A stretch of 64,000 nucleotides of DNA from Verrucomicrobiales bacterium (GCA_046155625.1 JBJXFS010000112.1:46841-110840), one strand, 5' to 3'; shown: positions 18,401 to 21,598, counted from the first letter of the stretch. A program made the numbers and translations. The notes: generated by a model not told the origin, from the sequence alone.

Positions 18401-20035
18401 GGTGACCCGGCGATCCTCGCGACGACGCATCGATTCGCCTCGCCCGGCGTGTTTACCGTCACGCTCCTGGCGCGGGATCAGGATGGGGCGGTGTCGCAGG
18501 CCTCCACGATCATCAGCGTGGTCGCTGGCGGGACGCTGGAGATCGTGGGATTCGAAATCAATGGAGGCGATCCCCAACGGTCGATGGTGACCCGGCTGAC
18601 GGTGACGTTCAACAGCGACGTGGCGGCCAGCCTGCAGTCGGTCGATTTCCGGTTGCTTAATACCACGACAGGGCTGGAAATCTCCGCCGGTGCCCTCTCG
18701 CTGCAGTGGATGAGCGCGGATAGCGCCGTGGTGATCACGTTCCCGAGTCTGGTCGGCCGGAGCCTCGCGGACGGCAACTACCGGTTGACCATCGACGCCG
18801 CGGGTATCGCGGACGCGGCAGGCCGCACGCTGGGGTCGGAGTCATCGGGCGATCCGACTTTTGTGTTCCACCGCCTCTTCGGCGATCAGGATGGCGATCG
18901 CGACGTCGATTTCCTCGACACGTTCCATTACCAGAGGACGCACGGGAAGGCGTCCACTGATGCGGCCTACGACGCGCGCTTCGACTGGGATGCGGACACC
19001 GATGTCGACGCGCTGGATCTTTTCCACTTCTCGCGAAATTACTTCACCACACTGCCGATGGTCCTGTTGATTCCCGATGGGCTGGATCGCGGAACCCAGG
19101 CGGACGCCGCTGACTCCGGGTTCAGCGCGCCGGTCCTGCCACCGGTGGCGGGCGGCGAGTCGGCCCCAGCACCGGGTGATGGTGACATGCTTCCCGTTCC
19201 GTCCGGGGATCGCGCGCGGGCCCCCGAACGGGTGCGGCGTCTAGCGGTCAAGCAAGGTGAGGCGATAAAACCGGCGGTCACCGGGCGTGAAATCAAGGTA
19301 ATGACCGCTGTTGTGCGGGGCGCCAGGGAGGTCCTGCCACTCACCCTGGGCCATCGATCGACTCCATTGCACCACGGCATCGGCTCCCGATGGGACGACG
19401 AACGTGAGCCGAACGTGCGGCTGGACACCGGTCACCCATTCCACGCGGGGTGGATCGAGCCGGATGATGACGCTCGGGCGTGGCACGATCTCGGGGTCGA
19501 TTTCGCTGCCCAGACCATTCACGAAGACGGATTCGTTGGGAGTCTGGAGGAAGACTTCGACAGTCAATGGGGTGGAAACGGGCGGGGTGCCGGTCGACCG
19601 GAGGCGGATCGTGGCCAGCCGGTTTCCGGTCCAGGGATTGGCAACCGGATTGATGTTCCCCTTGACCGCCACAAATCCGTGGCCCACCGAGATTTGGGCG
19701 CCGGCCGAGAAGCCGAAAAAATCCAGGGCTGGATCAATCAAAAGGGCGTTGGCCGGAGCCGGCTGCCATCGCGCACCATCGAACCTCACGACAAACCCGT
19801 AGCTGAAAAGGCCATGAGGCACCGGTTGGCGCCCCGGGGCCTCGACATCGCCGTCGAGCATCACTGGCAGCTCAATTTCGCCACCGCCCGCCGCCCCGAT
19901 GCCATACTGACCCCGCTCAAATTCCAGGCCGATATCGGCCCGCGACCCGTCCATTGTCAGGAGGATCGAAACAACGCCCAGCCACCATCGAAGCTGCCGG
20001 GCACCAAGGAGGCAAACCATGCAACCCAAGAATAA
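2..20035 (+). CDS. Giant RHS/YD-repeat multidomain protein, paralog A (5'-partial; 6,677 codons inside the window)
   Basis: The frame is open from base 2. Its translation PQSLALGGLSAHTPAWNAPAGWSLTS aligns with paralog B at 41101, so the GTG at 89 in the ORF track is not the start. It contains abundant YD repeats (YDxxGN, RYxYD), an Rhs core end motif, WGDG PKD motifs and DGDRDVD dockerin-like repeats. The first in-frame stop is at 20033-20035. The last ~0.8-1 kb is suspect (see findings). Confidence 0.92.
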   Translation, partial: PQSLALGGLSAHTPAWNAPAGWSLTSTRAVLQSVAGEYFDVGTGLPYHPQSYELAEAATGLTYRYERGASGAYTLAEITTAAGDRLVHSDSGLVSVKSGQRLGFTRDTAGRLTAITLPDGAQVRYAYTVSGGLLSVTKTATGARTLYGYRTEHDHLLTALAPPAPENGTLIDYDNAGRFLAAHSVPVRLGTATEFLGQVRPVTTAAGSTDRFLFFLSPGELHSSVAGQLTLGFQTIGATEAAIVSGAATAGATVVDGDRRVRFYTFNTAGPFILSVPSGSYSLEVFVPGDIDGDRDVDGTDTLTTQADVNRDSAINAADTALRDATFGFIANRPPAVTPAPVTTIRDFAVSVDLSAIATDADGDALRYLVFGALNGTVALTGGTVAIFTPSPGFTGAASFQVMADDGVILSAPATASVSVSAATVTRLAVTPEDRLMVAGRSATLEVTATFSDGQTRVVPASLVLFTSLRPEVAAVTSAGSILALQNGYGVITIRALGLTIATTVTVGAADSRNLEFFPLSYTLAPGESRQFMVRERVPTEVRDLSSGQSGALYFVSNPAIGTISANGRFVAIAPGEVDVTIVHGGQSVIVPILVAAPQSGTVTVDERGAMLATGDGIQVGVPQGALTSPSHLSVSQLQETDFDYGAPYGWAFAGALEIDGFDGLTDGIPLSVIMPAPAGVLPGTVLPLLQPVTVNHADGRRENTWLLVDTLLVGSDGFMRTTSPPNMGLGSRAYASSFGIGINYTQGMRAMAAQGSFGLTGLLYASADIDQSTRTLSSSSVRDKKGKAKAVAAPGIVDLEIAGGPGLGETKVFAAASPFADVFVPIVTSFNIRINFHVVGNNGLIPAGETDVLLQEDQVGQVLSKGFGQAFRFSLLGTQNVPAPVLTEMEFKFDEIEETLRPVLRFEGHHFLMESPWDLAPEPELGNRLEDLRVTFEIGGRDSFNPDGTRLINGGLDIVAEGDDLLEINLLDETESRWELIVALPPEASLGDAFITLTRPNQEPLDGVFERREFTSNPLRILSNNRYAFASSGGADSVSVIDTLATTGSENDEDEEEEEEESEEEKRLRPDEIARITLVQSSTEGQLGPGQIAATANGARAYVALTLAGSIAVIDAVGLQQVDLDPDTDGVQTILLPTGAAPFKLALSPDNTLLYVTDSLAPMVYVIDVNPFSNTYHQLLETIAVDPIVAKLGLRGIAVTSDNRKVVVAAPGRTLFGGYGSDLGNLVLFTSRSEVAKGHDREFQFVTAGPNPYEVIATEDPLVVLYSDRLSSAHTLGILRLDAESDLVETNYVDATQFGIIPRLIEGRATHVFGFRNAQGIAYLPANTFEDLQIGEDEEKKPILFGPHPSYAFVTGYKKFVQGDTLTDANFAPVFAYNAYYRDPELNSVIGVPLAAGGNIGVIRNVLGDFTDSLEKPRMVAATSPIMNSFPDNIVISGTTGMLFAAYQGINAVMAYDALSMIRMIEEAVDSEFLPQWSQFPESDSLAYAAMSGLLRGPLSTVPIDALNPLLAVRADVRFYSAIVEQILAVDETTQEPKFTEDGLREVQSVTTYMVYGIPPTDLFGESPNLFAPISLPRLPRGLAIQPTLDQTVVSLVSTPYNQAPTLNSFPTPPLTVEAGKDAEVEVHSGAYHTEHSLVTYQSLGRINGLQLHYDSLRANPIQIFYVAFAGLEEATQIKDPDTKNVVEKDRESLRVFVRLTARLGDRVITLRGLDPETAEELGLEEDLLRTGLDPVAAAKVGLQGNELIFKFPEEFVEGETYGAGIPIDLRDLEGEVEPGLYTLIVEYGVFEFNGARWQGRWITENQPIAVAGDDDGLFGAGWGLNGYSRIISGDGGALLVEGNGTEQIFLAPNDRTQPWTSISLDYSRLVLTEDGKFQRRMLDGTTYDYDLDGYLETITDRHGNVTEFEHADGKLVRVIDPVGLETELEYTGDHVTKVIDPARRKTEFEYDGTRLISITDPDGTKRTFHYEHEELEGVMTGQTYKRGNDDDPYQSSFREDLVVDDLGRTRGGTRVDGREFTLDPAQSHAIADLEEMFEVWEETVDPEKIPGTFLERVAWTKELPANVRPDHPALEDLEDIQEGKVPAFAEAVYKDFRGVEITFELDAFGFFLSSEDKLDREEGKRQFTTRTGSGQITAVIDKEENVVRYEYDAFGNVIKITDYPDGPDGDPAVQEFRYDHEKFNQLEYEKDAVGREKAYTLSDAGDATEIEVNWSVAVEGSPSSVTSRFTYLANGLLESSTDGERHTTEYMYDDLGRLTEIVQADGSRVRYELDGEPGNISAIIDEVGNRVEVESDEMNRIVKIRHVVGGVAYTSTQDYDAEGNEVERIDRNDVEITFAFDALDRRIERREDVDGVNIVTRFGYEYDSLPTPGYSDVVSNDTHEYFYEQDARGFTMVQVFDHRGNLIDVYDTLGRNTHFTYNKADQLIETRRPDGSVVELEVDGRGRVTQEKGPTVERTEYSYDKANNLISRTVKNNLGFLAGGDQETTWTYNLFDLVASETNPETVISRYYYNSNGLVTAVYLAARTNDEFVHEYTYDERGRELSHSRQGIATTRTEYNSNGTIMAVIDAIGNRTEYEYDELRRPVLVRNPMGEEVRYVLDGNGNVLIEIDPMGNEWEFSYDGLNRRTHARNPLGDETIVEYDELGNKVSFTDALGHVTTWEYDEASRLEEQVNADGGRMEFRYDTNDNVIWQMNARGFVTEQFFDSSGRAQWSTDALGGRTTISHDQAGNVTGLFGPGGSEDDFHFEFDKLNRVVRMIQAPDTPLALVTLTEYDAMGRMTTKVEADGSDEARRSEWTFDTLGFDRTQTMAAGTTAEATTRYVHGLTGLLLSVIDARGEYFKTTMQYDRADRLVLVTFPTGSPDSEETYADIVYTYDPAGRKLTESDPRNSQWLTKFTYDDAGRLIEEEDAKGFRTEYTYDENGNVETVTDARGGAAVTRLEYDTMNRRNRATDPYGDSESVVYDLNGNVVRAIGKRGGVTSWTFDALDRLESMIDAEGNETRYTYLAGGLLHQVIDARGFVSTTTYDALGRVSTESREIGPTVLDAPGSATGTVTATFTYDRLGYLRRTTDPRGAEYWSGMDYDAMGRVTEKRVNVVAPEREAEVYVSRITYDLVGNKLTESDPRGNAFTTVWTYDARKLMLTETRPYGETNALATWRWTYDALGNRTSETDPRGDYTRSELSYDEIGRLIIKSTAMGDTTSEPEFAVVRYDHDEVGNVVTIHHARPGLTTEYVYDLLNRPIEGTDAEGNVTLWGYDAAGNVEVMTEQSVSNFTPTRVTFSEYDLLDRQIRVTNPLGHVAEYEYDEVGNVTLVRGPFADAGGRAHEVTRTFDALGRMTSERDPEGFLTRWAYDAMGNAVGVQDDRGFLTRASFDSLNRRVKFELPIQEGSWQATEFFYDGASNLIREVDARNVANEYVYDASNKLLQLVRAAATPVEQSESFEYDAVGNLVRWVGPRGPPCFTTYTYDARNLVLSTEMETGAPHLDNFPSVRLTEYRIYDEEGNLIETIGAGGDDFRTSLEYNGLNQLIRRIDPEGRVTEWDYDRYGNMLSETDPYGTTTRRFDALNRETLTIDAEGNRTRQEWTLNHLELRVVDARGNDTLVHLDSKGRVTWERDALGGIITRSYDAAGNLVSEVNKRGVLTTMEYDGRNLLTELVEADGTLERRRTSYFYNVVGWLLTETPPRGLEFNRLYEYDDLSRVTARFVKLGGDGSEIVERFAYDSAGNLVRTIDGRGEPYATSSEFDGLNRLVRTEVFIGDEGSLAPTAVERRSYDDQGRLSGIVDALGFVTTMAYDRVDRMTERRSQLEDGSEWLETWAYDDAVGGLVVEYRDALRTVASVAIHDALGRETSRQTRELGLTTTTYDANGNRTEVVASGVRTTYEYDRLNRMTATIDADGNRVTYSYDANGNVERITDPRPNVGVTSQHYDSFDRLVRIEQPDGSTQSQTYDAHDNRTSFTDGAGNVTRFDFDGADRMIRESNAVGARQFTYDGAGNLVQTIDRNGRTIRYTVSGLGLVVRETWIRGIDEVEREIDFVYDVAGKLVRADDGTAVITRTYTQDIRQALKQETSSQLGANRLVVIDHTRDARGQTATLRLEVGGTLIFSESHGRNALNRLEFIEQNGGLVASKRVGFVFDPANYRPLEVTRTSSLVGSVAVVSTWTYNTRGFVASLTHRAGAVTRNAYSFEYNQTGFVSRRTDGDGTADFSYDPVNQVSGVVYSDPAFRDESFVYDGAGNRVDSADHGPAYVTGPDNRLLNDGVFAYAYDAEGNLIRRTEVSTGLVRSFAWDYRNRLTEITDLSAAAVVTRTIRYTYDALDRRIAADTETANAGRAVRHFVYSGDDVVLELTASGPDATATPSMAYLHGLGTDEVFAQDNLNGTVLWLLADDNMTIRDVVSHTGALVEHYKVNAFGNVVGKLNAGWVTRYILQSREFDADTSLYFFRARYYDPSTGRFISRDPIGFDSGEQNLYRFTANNPVNDRDPSGTKGLLKSAIQNLHYALVGVQVMFDKGEISGWQAGLFAFGAATLLGGAELTGLVYDTAQLGVNVTFAPEYVGSTETQSSLGTAWRDHLAGIEGNPWKRTVAFAGEFVAGFVGLLALLPAAPVINAALSGLAFSALISGEPVIAGEMLAGVVTLGGITKGLRVGGSRVAGFLSNRYPGLSKVTDSKIYKFYANANAKVEKWSHKNWTSARSWINDRVKNWHPDWNTPVTKLMRATMDRITAKVNAKLEPYEWRGNGLIASMRAFNAKYNPLASTYKNAFESSYTTGGLISKERMSEAYTILSKQSNMGRQTQAAQAMGDRPDRTARWLEHAIHEGGVDRNTAGELREIMKGMHKVGYEDITAMGGATTRTINKSREIVAAFAEGEIGNITLNSKFAWANIRSAYETLRDNPSLLGNRYASAEEFLKDVLTTKAKVYAHEKAHFRTFDRLASDIARRFNLNLTNARNWLAEAGSKKANGRARNAEVLARVEFEAERQARRWLGASDEAAVALTLEAHLPKYGRRGVTGQHIEDLNQRASAVFRAQAQAKAQAAQASNATRAALGGISLGSPLTGAERAARATGEARAALGGISLGATLTGAERAARATSEARAALGGMSLGAPLTGAELAAQRVRAGVFSNTPWVDGSVRAGLRSILDNDFVKASIGFGNHKAMSASRGGAQRGAEFAAADASVSSWMNRLLGNGGGSIGPSHAQIPLLNSAPMAARPTWRGNVLGGLKSGEMPTFAAPPPRPAPLSVFGAAAPVPGRSVASGGGQIDDAGPSGAGFDEASPLMNWLIQSDPTLTSSGDPSTPVDGSAWAGRLDDMSRRALGMWEGALGWLPEVGIEVVWTDLPAGQIGMSLITSSGARGEALTGRVFLDRDADGFGWWSGDEGEAGLWTASTGGASSAAAGTEAAGRIDLLTVMTHEFGHLLGFNSFFQGFAARTTVRGDGSAYFTAEGGPYVLTGDLSHLDSGVHPWDLMNATIRPGERKLPSAANVAMLEAAWTGYTGETTTASGVRFFYILADTFAVPEGGFVLLADAVAEQLAGDVPTGLQDGGFAAPGHPDWDVIGEVEFQGGTVRLGEDPDRIFSSLSQVFRLPAGARFLEFTISDLVLGGGGRTPADAFEISLLHAGTFAPVVGVVSGLSHTDALLNVQPGGVVFAADTVALTGSVAEGDFGVRIDLAGVPAGTPLLLTFDLIRFGVADSTVTINSALVKGEPVVESTPPVVTGGQPVAVRQGDRFEATGSFTDAGGADVWTGLVDFGDGSGPRPLVLSGSGFVLDHVFLKAGVWSVVVTITDSRGDSGSTTWEVTVENVAPVVAAVADQAVKTGRPVTVTTTFTDPGDDTFTAVIDWGDGTVVPAVVDAAGRIVSGGHVYATPGTFTAVLRLSDGTTDVTVPFLVTAEADVTRVLVTGAASVVEGSAYVIALTAEGPRAEAITSWTINWGDGSVTTYNGALRLAAHVYGRPQSAYTITAVASDGVAQFESGPLSVEVLNSAPRMLRFIPGNRVAEGSPVRLTVVFDDRGWSDQHVVTAHWGDDTTSTTTLPEGLRRFDLTHVYTNNRPNGAPYDVRIVLTDSGQNAIEILTIAEVINVAPDVSVAGPATGSSGSEVTFTGSVGDAGLTDAIEVSWDFGDGVVLPFAPAGDPAILATTHRFASPGVFTVTLLARDQDGAVSQASTIISVVAGGTLEIVGFEINGGDPQRSMVTRLTVTFNSDVAASLQSVDFRLLNTTTGLEISAGALSLQWMSADSAVVITFPSLVGRSLADGNYRLTIDAAGIADAAGRTLGSESSGDPTFVFHRLFGDQDGDRDVDFLDTFHYQRTHGKASTDAAYDARFDWDADTDVDALDLFHFSRNYFTTLPMVLLIPDGLDRGTQADAADSGFSAPVLPPVAGGESAPAPGDGDMLPVPSGDRARAPERVRRLAVKQGEAIKPAVTGREIKVMTAVVRGAREVLPLTLGHRSTPLHHGIGSRWDDEREPNVRLDTGHPFHAGWIEPDDDARAWHDLGVDFAAQTIHEDGFVGSLEEDFDSQWGGNGRGAGRPEADRGQPVSGPGIGNRIDVPLDRHKSVAHRDLGAGREAEKIQGWINQKGVGRSRLPSRTIEPHDKPVAEKAMRHRLAPRGLDIAVEHHWQLNFATARRPDAILTPLKFQADIGPRPVHCQEDRNNAQPPSKLPGTKEANHATQE
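860..985 (+). other. Paralog A: dockerin/EF-hand-like Ca-binding repeat pair
   Basis: GDIDGDRDVDGTDTLTTQADVNRDSAINAADTAL, i.e. two DxDxDG-type loops as in type I dockerin repeats. Confidence 0.7.
995..1790 (+). other. Paralog A: cadherin-like domain followed by two Big_2-type Ig-like domains
   Basis: NRPPAVTP...ATDADGDALRY...FTPSPGFTGAASF is cadherin-like/VCBS style. The Big_2-like signatures are LEVTATFSDGQTRVVPASLVLFTS...AAVTSAGSILALQNGYGVITI and YTLAPGESRQF...ISANGRFVAIAPGEVDVTIVHGG. Confidence 0.65.
3075..4390 (+). other. Paralog A: YVTN/lactonase-type beta-propeller
   Basis: Blade-like repeats: GARAYVALTLAGSIAVIDAVG, PFKLALSPDNTLLYVTDSLAPMVYVIDVNP, GIAVTSDNRKVVVAAPG, GMLFAAYQGINAVMAYD. 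Confidence 0.65.
3152..3205 (+). repeat. Acidic low-complexity insertion (ENDEDEEEEEEESEEEK) inside the propeller of paralog A
   Basis: GAG/GAA/GAC codon run gaaaacgacgaagacgaggaggaggaggaggaagagagcgaggaagagaag. Paralog B has no counterpart at the aligned position (~44230). Confidence 0.9.
5650..13471 (+). other. Paralog A: main YD-repeat array (~2,607 aa) ending in the Rhs-associated core
   Basis: Continuous YD repeats run from YDYDLDGYLETITDRHGNVTEFEH onward (e.g. RYEYDAFGNVIKITD, YTYDENGNVETVTDARG, YSYDANGNVERITDPR). The array ends with FRARYYDPSTGRFISRDPIGFDSGEQNLYRFTANNPVNDRDPSGT. Confidence 0.92.
13340..13471 (+). other. Paralog A: Rhs core C-terminal boundary motif (putative aspartyl autoprotease site)
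   Basis: RARYYDPSTGRFISRDPIGF-x19-DPSGT matches the canonical R-x-RYYDPxxGRFxxxDPIG ... NLYxYxxNNPxxxxDPxG end of Rhs/TcC cores. The residue after the last G is T rather than the usual L/W. Confidence 0.85.
13472..15934 (+). other. Paralog A: post-core, paralog-specific cassette (~821 aa) with Gly/Ala-rich hydrophobic segments
   Basis: Hydrophobic stretches at ~13500-13640 and 13760-13935 (TVAFAGEFVAGFVGLLALLPAAPVINAALSGLAFSALISG). A more A/T-rich unknown region follows, containing a lone HEKAH pentapeptide at 14774-14788. I could not recognise any similarity to the equivalent segment of paralog B (54304-56724). Confidence 0.6.
15137..15358 (+). repeat. In-frame 78-nt tandem repeat, ~2.8 copies (26-aa unit RAALGGISLGxxLTGAERAARATxEA)
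   Basis: Unit starts at 15137, 15215 and 15293, each beginning with an Arg codon. Protein: RAALGGISLGSPLTGAERAARATGEA / RAALGGISLGATLTGAERAARATSEA / RAALGGMSLGAPLTGAELAA. Absent from paralog B. Confidence 0.9.
15935..16500 (+). other. Paralog A: conserved HEFGH (zincin-like) module
   Basis: EVVWTDLPAGQIGMSLI...GRVFLDRDADGFGWW...GRIDLLTVMTHEFGHLLGFN (HExxH at 16238-16252) ...HPWDLMNATIRPGERKLPS. About 70% aa identity to 56725-57300 of paralog B. Confidence 0.6.
17135..18523 (+). other. Paralog A: five tandem PKD domains
   Basis: Five ~90-aa units carry the PKD hallmark: VDFGDGSG, IDWGDGTV, INWGDGSV, AHWGDDTT, WDFGDGVV. Each is followed by HVY/HRF...G.YTV.L...D. Confidence 0.85.
18524..19050 (+). 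other. Paralog A: terminal Ig-like domain plus dockerin-like repeat pair (last recognisable domain)
   Basis: LEIVGFEINGGDPQRSMVTRLTVTFNSDV...DGNYRLTIDAAGIADAAGRTL, then FHRLFGDQDGDRDVDFLDTFHYQ...FDWDADTDVDALDLFHFSRNY. Confidence 0.7.
19241..20029 (-). CDS. Secreted hypothetical protein, paralog of the adjacent PEP-CTERM protein, with an RFYRL-type C-terminal beta-sandwich motif. Lies wholly antisense within the tail of paralog A
   Basis: Signal-peptide-like N-terminus (MVCLLGARQLRWWLGVVSILLT). Clear homology to the 20118-20744 product: LFSYGF/LFSYGI, PALDFFGFSAG/AALDFNGVAGPG, GFVAVKGNIN/EFIGVKGTVN, GNRLATIRL/GGRVLAEFQL. The C-terminus reads VVQWSRSMAQGEWQDL...RRFYRLTLL. The start could be ATG 20029 or ATG 20020. 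Confidence 0.75.
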   Translation of the reverse strand: MGCMVCLLGARQLRWWLGVVSILLTMDGSRADIGLEFERGQYGIGAAGGGEIELPVMLDGDVEAPGRQPVPHGLFSYGFVVRFDGARWQPAPANALLIDPALDFFGFSAGAQISVGHGFVAVKGNINPVANPWTGNRLATIRLRSTGTPPVSTPLTVEVFLQTPNESVFVNGLGSEIDPEIVPRPSVIIRLDPPRVEWVTGVQPHVRLTFVVPSGADAVVQWSRSMAQGEWQDLPGAPHNSGHYLDFTPGDRRFYRLTLLDR

Positions 20036-20117
20036 GTTTGATCAATCCCCAAGTCAACGGCGCCCGAGCCGCGCGGGGAACCGATGGTTTGAAATGCCGG
20101 CCCGACACCTGAGGTCG

Positions 20118-20744
20118 ATGGGCGGCGGGTGGATTCCAATGGCGTGCGCAGCAGGGGTATCATTTCTACTGGCGAGTCCCGCCCGATCTGTCGTGATTAG
20201 CTTCGTGGACCCACAGCCGGTGGTGCTGGTGAACGATCCGGTGCGGATGACGGTGACGATCGACCACGAGGGGAGCGATACGGACGCGTTGTTCAGCTAC
20301 GGCATCTCGGTCGTCGGGGATTGGGAAGCTCAGGCCATCTTTCCTCAGGGCGTGGACGTTCCCGCCGCACTCGATTTTAACGGGGTGGCCGGTCCGGGCG
20401 CGTTTATCGGGCTGGGCGACGAGTTCATCGGAGTGAAGGGAACGGTGAACCTTTCGGTCAACCCGATCGAGATGTACGGGGGGAGGGTGCTGGCGGAGTT
20501 TCAGCTCCGCTTCGCGCAGCCCGGATCGTACGAATTGAGGCTGGACTTCTTCAACACACTCGGTCCCACGGAAGACATCTTCGTGAACCAGGATGGTATC
20601 GCGATCGATGACCAGATCGAGTTCAGACCCGGCCTTGTCCAAGTGGTCATCCCTGAACCGCGGATTCCCACCCTGCTGCTGGCCGCGGCTGTCTCCCTGC
20701 TCGTGCGGCGCTCGCGAATTCGTCCCGCCCCCGCGCAAGGTTAG
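20118..20744 (+). CDS. PEP-CTERM sorting-domain secreted protein
   Basis: Signal-peptide-like MGGGWIPMACAAGVSFLLASPARS. The C-terminus VIPEPRIPTLLLAAAVSLLVRRSR gives a PEP motif, a TM helix and a basic cluster. I prefer the start at ATG 20118 (gagg 3 nt upstream) over the track start at 20019. ATG 20139 is also possible. Confidence 0.8.
   Translation: MGGGWIPMACAAGVSFLLASPARSVVISFVDPQPVVLVNDPVRMTVTIDHEGSDTDALFSYGISVVGDWEAQAIFPQGVDVPAALDFNGVAGPGAFIGLGDEFIGVKGTVNLSVNPIEMYGGRVLAEFQLRFAQPGSYELRLDFFNTLGPTEDIFVNQDGIAIDDQIEFRPGLVQVVIPEPRIPTLLLAAAVSLLVRRSRIRPAPAQG
20646..20720 (+). other. PEP-CTERM motif (exosortase recognition signal)
   Basis: PEP is encoded at 20652-20660 (cctgaaccg). A 15-aa hydrophobic helix follows, then RRSR at 20706-20717. 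Confidence 0.8.
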
Positions 20745-20755
20745 AGCACGGAGAT

Positions 20756-20878
20756 GGGGAACCACGAAAAACACGAAATACACGAAACCCGTGGGCTCTG
20801 GACGGGGGAAATTGGATGACGGACTCCGGTTCAGAATGGTCCATCGTTTTCGTGTGGTTCGTGCCTTTGGTGGTTGAT
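20756..20878. repeat. Intergenic imperfect inverted-repeat element built from cacgaa-rich arms (copy 1)
   Basis: Left arm: ggggaaccacgaaaaacacgaaatacacgaaa (20756-20787). Right arm: cgttttcgtgtggttcgtgcc (20845-20865), an approximate reverse complement. The 22-mer gggaaccacgaaaaacacgaaa recurs exactly at 62364-62385. Confidence 0.75.
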
Positions 20879-20989
20879 CCAGCGCGCAGCCAATCGCCAT
20901 TGAGGGTGGAAAGTGATTTGCCCGTCCCTCTGAGGTTTCGGCAATTCGAATCCGCTTGTCACTGCCAGGCTGGGCGGGTTAGTGGCCGC

Positions 20990-21568
20990 ATGTTGATTCG
21001 ACTTCTTGCGCCCTGGATTCTGCTGGGGGCGGCAGCCTGGCTCTCGGCGTGGCTTTTTCGCCGGCCCCAGTCGGCGGCGGCGCGGGATGGCGAGTGGCGG
21101 TCCTGGGTGGATCCGGCCACTGAGGGTCTCTTCAAAAAAGGCGCCTGGGCTTATGCGTTCGAGAATGCCGGCGCCGGGGTGTCGCTGGTCAGCCTGCTGG
21201 TCGGGGGCAGCTATTATCTATTCGATGAACCGACCAAGGGGGCGATTTTCGCCTGGCTGGCTGTTCTCTTTGTCGCCCTGTGCTGGCCGGTGACCGTACG
21301 CCGCCCGTGGCTTCGTGTGTCGCCGCAGGGGGTCACGTGGAAGCCGTTGCAGGCGTCGGGGGTCCAGGAAATCCCCTGGAATGAGGTCAGTTCCGTCGGA
21401 TTGGCCTGGCACGCGCGGCTCAGCGGTCAAGTCGTGGTCCACCGCCGATCATCCCGCCGGGCGATTCGCATCCACGCGCGGCACCTCAATGTTTCGCCCG
21501 CAGCGCTGGCGCAACTGCTCGAGAAGCGGGCGGCAATTTCAAAATCCATTTCTGCCCGGCGAGCCTAA
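20990..21568 (+). CDS. Small membrane protein (3 predicted TM helices) with a PH-like C-terminal domain
   Basis: Start taken as MLIRLLAPWILLGAAAWLSAWLF (ATG 20990). Two further hydrophobic helices: GAGVSLVSLLVGGSYYLF and AIFAWLAVLFVALCWPVTV. The C-terminus LRVSPQGVTWKPL...IPWNEVSSVGLAWH...VVVHRRSSRRAIRIHARHL resembles bacterial PH (bPH) domains. The track ORF start at 20816 overlaps the repeat element and is unlikely. Confidence 0.6.
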   Translation: MLIRLLAPWILLGAAAWLSAWLFRRPQSAAARDGEWRSWVDPATEGLFKKGAWAYAFENAGAGVSLVSLLVGGSYYLFDEPTKGAIFAWLAVLFVALCWPVTVRRPWLRVSPQGVTWKPLQASGVQEIPWNEVSSVGLAWHARLSGQVVVHRRSSRRAIRIHARHLNVSPAALAQLLEKRAAISKSISARRA

Positions 21569-21598
21569 ATTGCCTGTCCCTTTATGGGCGGCGCATTC

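Noticed and set aside
20019-20117. N-terminal extension of the PEP-CTERM ORF (MQPKNKFDQSPSQRRPSRAGNRWFEMPARHLRS).
   Set aside because: The signal-peptide-like sequence starts only at MGGGWIPMACAAG (ATG 20118). The extension would also overlap the start of the divergent minus-strand gene.
20166-20900. 244-aa minus-strand ORF.
   Set aside because: It is antisense to the PEP-CTERM gene and runs through the inverted-repeat element. Its composition is Arg/His/Pro-rich with no motifs.
20816-20989. Upstream extension of the membrane/PH-like ORF (track start 20816).
   Set aside because: The extension is translated from the right arm of the repeat element and has no plausible N-terminal features. 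An internal ATG at 20990 directly precedes the first TM helix.
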